The notes: generated from the letters alone by a model not told the origin. 64,000 bases of DNA from an uncultured virus (IMG/VR IMGVR_UViG_3300012984_000011) (IMGVR_UViG_3300012984_000011); one strand, 5' to 3'. Shown: positions 1-8,085, counted from the first letter of the stretch. Made by a program: numbers and translations.

Positions 1-99
1 CCTAGAATAGGCGTTTTCGGTCATTTTTGCTCGCAGTTTACTTATCCGATTGAGTAACAAGGGCCATCGTTAACCCAACATAGGGGTGTATCAAGAGGG

Positions 100-127
100 T
101 TAACTTCTCGCTCCCCCATCCGTTCTA
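100..127 (+). promoter_or_regulatory. class A promoter motif (first of about 22 copies)
   Basis: TTAACTTCTC-N10-CCGTTCTA; the motif recurs across the window. Confidence 0.75.
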
Positions 128-215
128 GTAGGTAACGCTGACCGGTGAGTCCGACGCCCGATAGGCCCTAGGGACTGGGCCGGCACGGTCAGCGTCCCTT
201 TTCCAACCAAAGCTC

Positions 216-455
216 ATGAAACCCACCGCCGCCTTCCGAGCCTTACAGGCCAAACATTGGACCGATATGGTCTCAACCAAGACCCTGTTGGTCAAACGCC
301 TCAACAAGGATGGATCGGTTAGTCGAGCCCGATTCACCTCAGCAGAATACCGCCTAAACGCCTTCACGGCTGAGCAAACCGCTGAGGCGAATGCTCGTCG
401 CCTAGAGCTCGAACGCCTCAATCCAGGCACGCTCTATTGCGTGGTTGGAGCTTAA
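216..455 (+). CDS. hypothetical protein
   Basis: 79-aa ORF downstream of class A motif and a stem-loop. Confidence 0.65.
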   Translation: MKPTAAFRALQAKHWTDMVSTKTLLVKRLNKDGSVSRARFTSAEYRLNAFTAEQTAEANARRLELERLNPGTLYCVVGA

Positions 456-480
456 CTTCCCGTCCTAGGTTCCGTTCCAT
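452..480 (+). promoter_or_regulatory. class A promoter motif
   Basis: TTAACTTCCC...CCGTTCCA, ATG at 486 (+34). Confidence 0.8.
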
Positions 481-485
481 CAATC

Positions 486-686
486 ATGATCACCCTACAG
501 GTTCACGAGGCAGAAGCCCTCCGCATGAATGCCCAGATCCGAGCCCGTCACTCCAAGCGGGTCGCCAAGCTGCTGGTGGTCGACATTCCAGCCGTACAGG
601 AACAGTTCAAAGCTGCCTTCATGGCTCGCCGCCCCTGTGGGTGTAGGGTCTGCTACTGGAGCCGCCAACAGGCTACCAAGATCTGA
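486..686 (+). CDS. hypothetical protein (CxCxxC)
   Basis: ATG 34 nt after class A motif. Confidence 0.7.
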   Translation: MITLQVHEAEALRMNAQIRARHSKRVAKLLVVDIPAVQEQFKAAFMARRPCGCRVCYWSRQQATKI

Positions 687-688
687 CC

Positions 689-967
689 ATGGATACCCCC
701 TCCACCATTCAAGTCTTAGGCCAAACCCTACACGCTGTGCCTGGCTACAAGGAACACTACAGTAACGCTGAACAGCAGGGCAAGCCTCACATCCAAGTGC
801 AACACCAGACCCCACCCGACGGCGGAGACTTCTGGCAGATCTCAGTGACGATCAACAAGACCTTCCTCACCCTCTGCGCCGGTACGTTGACCAAGGCTGA
901 GGCCGCTCTCAAAGAAAAAATCCTCCAAACAGCCAGAGACTGCACCGATTTCCTCCACAGTACCTAG
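689..967 (+). CDS. hypothetical protein, paralog of 6839..7117
   Basis: shared TI..LG.TLH...PHI.VQ pattern. Confidence 0.7.
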   Translation: MDTPSTIQVLGQTLHAVPGYKEHYSNAEQQGKPHIQVQHQTPPDGGDFWQISVTINKTFLTLCAGTLTKAEAALKEKILQTARDCTDFLHST

Positions 968-974
968 GAACACC

Positions 975-1145
975 ATGTATTCCACACCAACGAATTGCCA
1001 AGGCTGCGGCCGCCTCATTGATGCTATTGGCGGCTACTGCTCAATCCTCTGCGAAAAGAATTGGTTCATCGATCTCCCTGATGGTCCAAAGGAAGCGCCC
1101 GAGAAGCCTGATCATGGCCAGACAAATCCCCCAAACCAACTTTGA
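975..1145 (+). CDS. small Cys-rich protein
   Basis: 56-aa ORF read manually: MYSTPTNCQGCG...YCSILC. Confidence 0.5.
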   Translation: MYSTPTNCQGCGRLIDAIGGYCSILCEKNWFIDLPDGPKEAPEKPDHGQTNPPNQL

Positions 1146-1347
1146 TGTCCTGGTCCTGACCCGACAAGAGGCGACCGACTTGATCGCCCTACTGGTCGGA
1201 CAGTTGGCTCAAAAGCCGGTACAGGGTAACCAGCAAGGCGCCTGCCCAGAATTGATCGTCACTCGATCGGAATCCAGGCCATTCCCTGAGCCTTCGGTCG
1301 AGACCCGAACCCGCTTGATGATTTGTTTGGGCAAGAACGAACCCTGA
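1114..1347 (+). CDS. hypothetical protein
   Basis: ORF; likely start MARQIPQ. Confidence 0.55.
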   Translation: MARQIPQTNFDVLVLTRQEATDLIALLVGQLAQKPVQGNQQGACPELIVTRSESRPFPEPSVETRTRLMICLGKNEP

Positions 1348-1394
1348 GGGTGGGGAAGCCTTAACTTCCCCACCTGGCTTCCGTTCCATCAGAC

Positions 1395-1691
1395 ATGAAC
1401 CAGCCCACCCCTAACAGCCTCAAATGCTCCACCAACTCAGGCAAGCCCTATCCAGACGGCTCTGGAGCTCCTTGTGTGGTTGAGGTGATGCTGGGCCGCC
1501 AACTGCTCCGCTACGCGGCCGACTTCATTGATGGTGAGACCCGTATCCACCTGCTCAGCAACCCCGTCGGCATGACCACAGAGCTGTACCAGGAGTGCGC
1601 CCGTGTGGCCCGCCGGCAGTACAACGAATGGCTGGACGGTCAGGTGGGTCAAGACTGGAAAGACCTCAATTGCAAGGTCTACGGAGTCTGA
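1395..1691 (+). CDS. hypothetical protein
   Basis: ATG 34 nt after class A motif at 1361. Confidence 0.75.
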   Translation: MNQPTPNSLKCSTNSGKPYPDGSGAPCVVEVMLGRQLLRYAADFIDGETRIHLLSNPVGMTTELYQECARVARRQYNEWLDGQVGQDWKDLNCKVYGV

Positions 1692-1693
1692 AC

Positions 1694-2116
1694 ATGGAAC
1701 GCCACCTAGTCACCTGTCCGGTCTGCAAGACTGATCAACACATCTATGGGGGTAAGATCTGCAACCATGAGGGATACGGCGGAATCCGTTGCCTGGGCAG
1801 CAGGGCGCCGCTCAAACAGCCCAACCAATTGACCCTCGAACTAGTCAAGCAAGCCTGCAAACCGATCCTCAACCAGGATGATTGGTTGGAAGGGCCAGAC
1901 TGTAATACGATCGCTCGGGTGGTCTTCTACAGCGGGCGGACCGAAGTGTTGACTGTCACGTTTCATTCCGAATTGATGTACACGATCACCCAAGCACCGG
2001 TCGGGGTCCGCCACCTGCAAGACGCCATGACCTACGGCCGAGCCGTCAGTCTGATCCAAGCCCTGAAGCTACAGATCTCCAACCTGCAGGAATTCGTGGG
2101 CAAACAGGTGATTTGA
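1694..2116 (+). CDS. hypothetical protein with N-terminal Zn-finger-like motif
   Basis: CPVC...H...C; start directly after upstream stop. Confidence 0.65.
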   Translation: MERHLVTCPVCKTDQHIYGGKICNHEGYGGIRCLGSRAPLKQPNQLTLELVKQACKPILNQDDWLEGPDCNTIARVVFYSGRTEVLTVTFHSELMYTITQAPVGVRHLQDAMTYGRAVSLIQALKLQISNLQEFVGKQVI

Positions 2117-2146
2117 TCAGACTTTCGGTGTAAGGAAGGGAACCAG

Positions 2147-2338
2147 CTAGGCCTTGGCCTCTACCGTGAAGGCCTCTCCCCGCCCCATGGCGGCCCTCAA
2201 CCGCTCCACATCAGCCCGTAGGCCTTCCGGCAGATAGAGCTCTTCCAAGGGCACCTCCAGCTGAGCCAAACCACTAACAAGCTCCGCCCGATTCAAAGTC
2301 CCGTTCCGCCACCCTGCTAGGATCTGCTCTACCGTCAT
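2147..2338 (-). CDS. hypothetical protein
   Basis: 63-aa ORF filling a gap. Confidence 0.55.
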   Translation of the reverse strand: MTVEQILAGWRNGTLNRAELVSGLAQLEVPLEELYLPEGLRADVERLRAAMGRGEAFTVEAKA

Positions 2339-2383
2339 CCTGTCCCTTAAGTTCCAAAACCGACTTCCGTTCTAACATGCATC

Positions 2384-2641
2384 ATGAAGACCGCCAAGTT
2401 GGTTACTCGAAGGATCCGCCCTCTCTACCGGCATGACTGCGATGAATGCCGCTTCCTCGGCCGCCTAGATGGCAAGGACCTCTACTGCTGTAGCCGTACA
2501 GGCGATTTCACAGCCCGCTTCGGCTCAGGAGAAAGCCAATACGGCAGCCTTGGTACCCTCACCCCAGGGGGCTCGCCTTACAGCCTGGCCCGCCAACTAT
2601 TGGACCGTCGCCTTCCCCCCAACGAATACATGACGGCATGA
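2384..2641 (+). CDS. hypothetical protein (HDCDEC motif)
   Basis: follows class A motif at 2347. Confidence 0.7.
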   Translation: MKTAKLVTRRIRPLYRHDCDECRFLGRLDGKDLYCCSRTGDFTARFGSGESQYGSLGTLTPGGSPYSLARQLLDRRLPPNEYMTA

Positions 2642-2874
2642 ATCGTTGCCCCAAATGCGGGCTATTGAGTATCCTGGTACTCAATAGCCATTGCCCCCAG
2701 CATCCAACCATGACCCCTTCCAAACCCATCACAGTGACCGAATACGCCGTACTGGCTGCCAGTACGTGCCACAACCTCAATGGTTCGGAACGAAACCTTC
2801 TGGCCAGAATCATCGAACGAGAGATCTTGCGACAAGACCGTAAGCGGTCATCCAAACCCAAACCAATTGCTTGA
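2638..2874 (+). CDS. hypothetical protein
   Basis: ATGA overlap with upstream gene. Confidence 0.55.
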   Translation: MNRCPKCGLLSILVLNSHCPQHPTMTPSKPITVTEYAVLAASTCHNLNGSERNLLARIIEREILRQDRKRSSKPKPIA

Positions 2875-2903
2875 TAGGCCCCTTTGGGCTAAGCTGAGGA
2901 CCG

Positions 2904-3032
2904 ATGCCTCAAAAGCCCAAAGGGATCCTGGCCCGCCTCGATGCTAGGATGGAAGAGCTGGTCAACAATGTGGTGATCTGCCTAGCGTTGGCGATCGACC
3001 GGGGGATTCGAAAATTACCGAAGCTGTGGTGA
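2904..3032 (+). CDS. small hypothetical peptide (42 aa)
   Basis: GAGGA-N3-ATG, MPQKPKGILARL...; read manually. Confidence 0.4.
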   Translation: MPQKPKGILARLDARMEELVNNVVICLALAIDRGIRKLPKLW

Positions 3033-3069
3033 GCCTTAACTTCTCCCCACCATGGCCGTTCTATCATCA

Positions 3070-3240
3070 ACAGGGCGCTCAGCCGTCACGGCAAGCCCGC
3101 CCTTCTGACCCACGGGGACGGGGGAATCCATCCTCCAAAAGGTCCCCAGACCGGATCTCCCCGAAGCCGTCCCTTCTCCGTCTGGGCTAGCCCCGTGGGG
3201 GAACCGAACCAGCCGCTTCATTGATATAAACGGCTGTCCT
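3070..3240 (+). ncRNA. candidate structured non-coding RNA
   Basis: class A motif at 3036-3063 with no ATG at the expected place; multiple GC-rich helices. Confidence 0.5.
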
Positions 3241-3260
3241 TCTGAAGAGTTAAGGGCCTA

Positions 3261-3494
3261 TCAGTACCAAGCTAACAAGTAGGTGGCTCCTTGCCAGCTG
3301 CTGGTCTCCCAAACCGCTTTGGCATCAATGTCGGCCATCCCACCCAGCATGCGGTATCGGCCGAAGCCAGCCTCCTGGAACTCCTTGTACTCCGGCCCCA
3401 CCCGTCGCTCGGCCCGCTCCTTGGAGGGATACATGCCAACGAAGTTCAGGTTGATGCCAGCGTTCTTTTCAGTCTTCAGCAACAAGAGGAACAT
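3261..3494 (-). CDS. hypothetical protein
   Basis: 77-aa ORF. Confidence 0.55.
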   Translation of the reverse strand: MFLLLLKTEKNAGINLNFVGMYPSKERAERRVGPEYKEFQEAGFGRYRMLGGMADIDAKAVWETSSWQGATYLLAWY

Positions 3495-3523
3495 GCTGAT
3501 AGAACGGCCCCAGCCTCGAAAGA

Positions 3524-3823
3524 TTAAGGCACCACCTCTTCACCGTCCACCAACAGACCGGCCGAATAACCGTTTTGGATCGGAGTAGCCTGGATCACCA
3601 CACTGTCGCCATTGAGGAACTGGAGGCACAGCGTATCGTTCCCATCCTTATCCGGATAGGCCGTATAGCCCGCCAAGACCTTTTGGGTAACCAAATAGTC
3701 CAGCTTGTTTTGGGGACGTAACCGCTCCAGCGCCTTATCGACATCCTGACCCACTTCCTTACGGGTTTGGAAAATCTGGGCCATCATGGCTTGCTCGGCT
3801 TCATCCAGCTTGGTGTTCGGCAT
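3524..3823 (-). CDS. hypothetical protein
   Basis: minus-strand class A motif (TTAAG at 3857, ATG +34). Confidence 0.7.
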   Translation of the reverse strand: MPNTKLDEAEQAMMAQIFQTRKEVGQDVDKALERLRPQNKLDYLVTQKVLAGYTAYPDKDGNDTLCLQFLNGDSVVIQATPIQNGYSAGLLVDGEEVVP

Positions 3824-3894
3824 GCCAGACCATACGGCCCAACTGCCAACCGCTTAAGCCTGCCCATCACCATCCCTCGGTGTAGAACCACCCT

Positions 3895-4101
3895 ATGCCG
3901 GTCTTCGTCCAAGCTTTGGCCTGCTGTGAAGTCCAGGGCTGCAACAAGGAAGAACCCTTCCTCCTAGGCCTAGAACCTGTGGTGGGGATGAGTGGCCCCG
4001 TCATGGGCAAGAAACTACCGCCTGGCTGGAGACGGATCCTAAACCTCTGGGCCGCCCACTCGACCGTGGTGTGTCCCGCTCATTCGATCGAATTCCCATG
4101 A
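3895..4101 (+). CDS. small Zn-binding-like protein, tandem copy 1
   Basis: CEVQGC...LPPGW...CPAH; class B motif at 3879. Confidence 0.75.
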   Translation: MPVFVQALACCEVQGCNKEEPFLLGLEPVVGMSGPVMGKKLPPGWRRILNLWAAHSTVVCPAHSIEFP

Positions 4102-4316
4102 TCACCCTCCAAACCACCATCACTTGTGAAGTCGGTTGCAGTCGCCAGCAGGTTTGCTCGATCGAGCTTCAACGCCTCGCCCTAGCCTCACAACAACTCA
4201 TCCTGAGCCTACCTCCCACCCAGCTGCCAGAGGGCTGGACCCTCCAACCTGACTACCGAGGCGGACACCGAATCGCCTGCCCCGATTGCTCATACGATCA
4301 CGGAAGCGAGTTCTGA
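4098..4316 (+). CDS. small Zn-binding-like protein, tandem copy 2
   Basis: CEVGC...LPEGW...CPDC; ATGA overlap. Confidence 0.75.
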   Translation: MITLQTTITCEVGCSRQQVCSIELQRLALASQQLILSLPPTQLPEGWTLQPDYRGGHRIACPDCSYDHGSEF

Positions 4317-4558
4317 TGCAACTCTACATCCTAGCTACCGCCATGTGCCAACACCCCGGCTGCCCAAGGACCGAACAACTAAAACTTGAACTCGCTCCCA
4401 CCTTCCCGTTCTTCCAACAACCATTCCTATCCCCACGCTACAATGAATTGCCCGAAGGTTGGGTACAAGCATTCGATTGGAAACTGTTCTGCCCCGATCA
4501 TGCTCAACCATATACTCAAGAAGAAGGTGGCACCACCGTAGATTCGGCCGAATCTTGA
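4316..4558 (+). CDS. small Zn-binding-like protein, tandem copy 3
   Basis: CQHPGC...LPEGW...CPDH; TGATG overlap. Confidence 0.75.
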   Translation: MQLYILATAMCQHPGCPRTEQLKLELAPTFPFFQQPFLSPRYNELPEGWVQAFDWKLFCPDHAQPYTQEEGGTTVDSAES

Positions 4559-4697
4559 GCCATCACCTCCAACCAGACGATCCGAAGCCATGGGCAGAGA
4601 CATGATAGAGCGATGCACACCGTCATGTGGGCGTCACTCTATTTCCGCACTTCCGAGCAATCATTTTGGCAAATCGTAGGTAGGGGGTTCGATTGGT

Positions 4698-4731
4698 AGG
4701 AGGATGGTCAAGGCTGCTTGACCATCCTCCT
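4698..4731. repeat. perfect 15-bp inverted repeat
   Basis: AGGAGGATGGTCAAG-gctg-CTTGACCATCCTCCT. Confidence 0.9.
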
Positions 4732-4733
4732 CT

Positions 4734-4749
4734 CGGCACGGTTCTTGCG
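4734..4749 (+). promoter_or_regulatory. possible sigma54 -24/-12 promoter
   Basis: cGGCACG-gttc-TTGCg versus consensus TGGCACG-N4-TTGCW. Confidence 0.4.
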
Positions 4750-4937
4750 AATCAATATAGTCAAGCAATATGGACTAATTTCCATCTGTTGAGTTAAATG
4801 CTGGTTATTATTGGTCTTTCGAGATTTTCGGATTTCTTGTCGATTTCGGGTTTGGCAAATGACCATCAAGAACACCCAACAGGGCCTGCTTCGCCTGCCA
4901 GGTTGGTCGGTTTGGGAGTTTGATTTTGAGTATCCAG

Positions 4938-5315
4938 ATGAGTAAACGTTGTCTTTTCGCCATCTGTTTGGTATTGCTGTCTTGTCAGGCCGACCCCACT
5001 CCTCCTCCTCCGGTGATGGACGTCACATGTGCTGATGGTCAGCATCTATGTCCGCATGGGAAGGTATGTACGCCTGATAGCCAGCAATGCGTCACATCGG
5101 TCCAATGGTGTGCTGACGGGCAGCATTGGTGCACGGGTGGGCGGGTGTGTGCACCTGACCTGACATGTGTGGACCGGTTATCTTGGTGTCGGGATGGGGT
5201 TCATTGGTGTAGTGGCGGTCTGATGTGTGGGGATGACCTACAGACGTGTGTGAGTCGACGGCATGATGATGGTCCTGACCTGTTGCCGGTCTACTATTGG
5301 GTGTTGTTCCAGTAG
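4938..5315 (+). CDS. lipoprotein with three Cys-rich repeats
   Basis: lipobox LLSC; 3x C.DG.H.C..G..C..D. Confidence 0.75.
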   Translation: MSKRCLFAICLVLLSCQADPTPPPPVMDVTCADGQHLCPHGKVCTPDSQQCVTSVQWCADGQHWCTGGRVCAPDLTCVDRLSWCRDGVHWCSGGLMCGDDLQTCVSRRHDDGPDLLPVYYWVLFQ

Positions 5316-5334
5316 GGTGGTGTAGAGGACCCGC

Positions 5335-5658
5335 ATGCAGACCATTGAATTTTTGGGACGTCAGCTCCCGTTGGTGTCGGTGGAGCGGCCCTCAACTGCT
5401 CGTGAGGTGTTGACATATGAGGCTCGGCAAGGGTCTATTAAACTGATGGTCTCCCATTACCCTAATTGGCACTATTCTGGGACCAGCCAGGTGAGGGTTG
5501 AGCTCCAGATGTGGGTACAATCGGGTAACCGCCATCTGACGTTTGAGGGGTGGGGGGAGGATATAGGGATGGCCGAGCTGGCGTTGAAGCGTCGGTGGGC
5601 TGTATGGATGGAGGCTGGAAGGGTGATGGGGTTGGAGATGGGGCTTGGCGACTTCTAA
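5335..5658 (+). CDS. hypothetical protein
   Basis: class B motif at 5319 (+16). Confidence 0.75.
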   Translation: MQTIEFLGRQLPLVSVERPSTAREVLTYEARQGSIKLMVSHYPNWHYSGTSQVRVELQMWVQSGNRHLTFEGWGEDIGMAELALKRRWAVWMEAGRVMGLEMGLGDF

Positions 5659-6322
5659 GTCGTATCCTGATAGACCGGACCCTCAAGAGGGGGTTAGGTT
5701 GTTGTTGATCCATGACCTCAAGGCTTTGCTGAGGCTATTTAACATTGGTGGTTGGACCTTGATGCCTAATCCACAGCGTAGTGGTATCAATCGAGCGATC
5801 GACCGTGAGGGGAAGGCGATAGATCCTCGCTCCCATGAGGCGGTGGCGTGGAACCTGATTGGCGGCATGTTGGCGGTGACGGCTGCTAGGACGGAACTAG
5901 ATGACCGGTATGTGGCGTTGTATGGTCATTTGGTCGAAGGTTTGCCCAATTGGGGGCCGGACCTACATCGGTTTAGTCAGACAGCTGAGCGGTATCAAGT
6001 CATAGGGCTGATCGAACGGGGGTTGGATCGCATCCAGGAGGGGTTGCCGGCCAGAGATGAGGCGCAGCTTTGCAGTGGGTGCCGTCATTTCAGTATGGGG
6101 ACTGATGGGGGGACGGTAGGCCATGAGGGGAGGCTGTATGGTTGGTGTGGCCGGCCCCGATCTGGTAGTCCGTTCCTTCCTGTCGTGATGGTGGGACCGG
6201 ACCCTGACCGGCCTGACGACCCATGGAATCATGCCAAACCTGACTTGAGTGGGCCGGTCGGTCATTTGGTGCTACCTACCCACTATTGCTCAGCACATCA
6301 GACCCGTGGGGGATCCCGATAG
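5645..6322 (+). CDS. hypothetical protein; N-domain similar to 26700 and 40925 (DUF6197-like)
   Basis: DLKALLRLF..GWT...A.D.EG...AV.W.L.G; Cys-rich C-terminus. Confidence 0.65.
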   Translation: MATSKSYPDRPDPQEGVRLLLIHDLKALLRLFNIGGWTLMPNPQRSGINRAIDREGKAIDPRSHEAVAWNLIGGMLAVTAARTELDDRYVALYGHLVEGLPNWGPDLHRFSQTAERYQVIGLIERGLDRIQEGLPARDEAQLCSGCRHFSMGTDGGTVGHEGRLYGWCGRPRSGSPFLPVVMVGPDPDRPDDPWNHAKPDLSGPVGHLVLPTHYCSAHQTRGGSR

Positions 6323-6323
6323 T

Positions 6324-6605
6324 ATGCAAGATATCTTGCGAAAGATACATCTACAGCATTATTGTAGCCAAATGCCCTACCCTGACGATTCATCTCCTCA
6401 GTCGATAGGGGCCCGATTGGCTCATGATGAGGATGAAGCCCGCTTGTTTGGCCAGTTTCAGCGGGACTGTTTGGAACAGCTGGGGATCAGACAACATCCT
6501 AGAGGGCAGCAGGCTTTCAATATGGCATGGGGGCGTTGCCATCAGGAGGGGCATGAGGCGGTATTTCGAGAGCTCAGGTATTTGGCCGATCTGTTGTGGG
6601 CATAG
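6324..6605 (+). CDS. hypothetical protein, paralog of the C-domain of 10043..10546
   Basis: F.RD.LE..G...HP...A..MAW...H.EG. Confidence 0.7.
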   Translation: MQDILRKIHLQHYCSQMPYPDDSSPQSIGARLAHDEDEARLFGQFQRDCLEQLGIRQHPRGQQAFNMAWGRCHQEGHEAVFRELRYLADLLWA

Positions 6606-6614
6606 GATGCGTAG

Positions 6615-6803
6615 ATGATTCCTTTGGTACCAATCTTGACCAACTGTCCAGCTTGCCATCGGTTGTCCCGGTACTGCGGTTGCGCACCTGAGCAGGCCCC
6701 TACCTGCAAGGTTTGTAGGAAGCCTCTGGCTGATGGGCCGCACCATCCTGAGGTCGATTGTGGGGCCTCGTATGAGGAGTTGGACCAATCGGACGGCACC
6801 TAA
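6615..6803 (+). CDS. small Cys-rich protein
   Basis: CxxC pairs. Confidence 0.55.
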   Translation: MIPLVPILTNCPACHRLSRYCGCAPEQAPTCKVCRKPLADGPHHPEVDCGASYEELDQSDGT

Positions 6804-6838
6804 AGTATCTTGTTTGGTCTGATGGTGTAGATTGTTGG

Positions 6839-7117
6839 ATGGACCCTCAACAACCCAAGACCATCACCATGTTCGGCCGCACCCTACACCTTCACGAGAA
6901 GGGGTACTATCAGACTCCCAAAGGGTATCAGCCTCATATCCATGTTCAGCCCTACCCAGGATCTTTCTCTGGGAGTGTCGATTACGGGGCTATGCACGCT
7001 TTCATGCATGAGTCTACCCTCGAAGAACTGGAGAAAAGCTTAGCTGAAAAGGTCCGTTCAAGGGTCGAGTCCTACCAGGCCGCCGCAGCTGAGCTGGGTT
7101 TGATTAGGCGCCCTTAA
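6839..7117 (+). CDS. hypothetical protein
   Basis: class B motif at 6824 (+15); paralog of 689. Confidence 0.75.
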   Translation: MDPQQPKTITMFGRTLHLHEKGYYQTPKGYQPHIHVQPYPGSFSGSVDYGAMHAFMHESTLEELEKSLAEKVRSRVESYQAAAAELGLIRRP

Positions 7118-7147
7118 CTTCCCAGCTGGCGATCCGTTCTAGCCAGC

Positions 7148-7591
7148 ATGAACCAACTAGAGATTCAGCCAGGCCAACAAGCATTGATCCAACAAGCCAA
7201 GCGGCACGGTTTCGGACCGTTTCGTGGCTATGACCACAAGCTTGCTACCGTCACCAGAGTGACCAAGCAGCATATCTTCGTTGTTGTGGACGGGGATCCT
7301 GCCACGCAGGAGCGTCGGTTCGTCAAAGCGACGATGATCGAGTACGGCAAAGTAGACTACCACACACCTGAGGTGCGGCTGATCCTAGATCAGAAGCAGA
7401 TTGAAGCAGAGCTGTATCAACAAGCTGATCGTGAGCAGCATCAGCAGCTGATTGGACAGGGACGTGTGGCTGTGGAGCGGTTGTTGAGGGTCTTTGGCCA
7501 AAACTCGATCCATCACCGAACCGCTGCGGAGCTCAACAGTTTGATCGAGTTGGCTGACCGGCTCGCTCCCGAGACCCAAAAGGAGACTTGA
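7148..7591 (+). CDS. hypothetical protein
   Basis: class A motif at 7114 (+34). Confidence 0.8.
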   Translation: MNQLEIQPGQQALIQQAKRHGFGPFRGYDHKLATVTRVTKQHIFVVVDGDPATQERRFVKATMIEYGKVDYHTPEVRLILDQKQIEAELYQQADREQHQQLIGQGRVAVERLLRVFGQNSIHHRTAAELNSLIELADRLAPETQKET

Positions 7592-8085
7592 TGAGCACCT
7601 CTCACGATAATCAGATCCGACGAGACCTGCTGTCCGAGCTTTGTATCTGGTATGCGCCTGAGCTGGCCCTTTCACCTGAGCGGTTTGCACTTCATCAGCC
7701 CAAAGAATGGCCTGGCTTGTTGGCTGCGATTGCTGAGTTGAATCAGCAGTACGCTAAAGAAGCCGGGCCCAATCCTGAGATTGGGTGGGAGCAGCGGTTA
7801 TATGAAATGCAACAAATCCCCTATTTGGGCGATACGGATCTCCTCGGCATGCTGCGCCCAGGTGAATGGTATTGTCATCTTCCTGGGCGGATCTTTGATG
7901 GAGAGGCATTGCTTCCTATGCAGCTCGGTTGGGGCCCTACTCCCGAGCAGGCGGTCCTAGCAGCGTGGGCTTTGGTTGAAGAGGTTTCCCGAACGGGACA
8001 TTTCTTCAGGATGACCGAACAACCGAAGGCGCACTATTACAGGTGGGACGGAACCCAGTGGATTGAATATCCACCAAAGTCTTAA
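7588..8085 (+). CDS. hypothetical protein
   Basis: overlapping start/stop. Confidence 0.7.
   Translation: MMSTSHDNQIRRDLLSELCIWYAPELALSPERFALHQPKEWPGLLAAIAELNQQYAKEAGPNPEIGWEQRLYEMQQIPYLGDTDLLGMLRPGEWYCHLPGRIFDGEALLPMQLGWGPTPEQAVLAAWALVEEVSRTGHFFRMTEQPKAHYYRWDGTQWIEYPPKS

Larger units (their letters stand above)
4560..4920. other. non-coding region at a GC-skew switch; replication origin candidate
   Basis: C-rich to the left, G-rich to the right; 15-bp hairpin; AT-rich tract. Confidence 0.45.

Noticed and set aside
4681..4700. GGTTCGATT as a tRNA T-loop
   Set aside because: No cloverleaf, acceptor stem or anticodon arm could be built; I found no tRNA genes in the window
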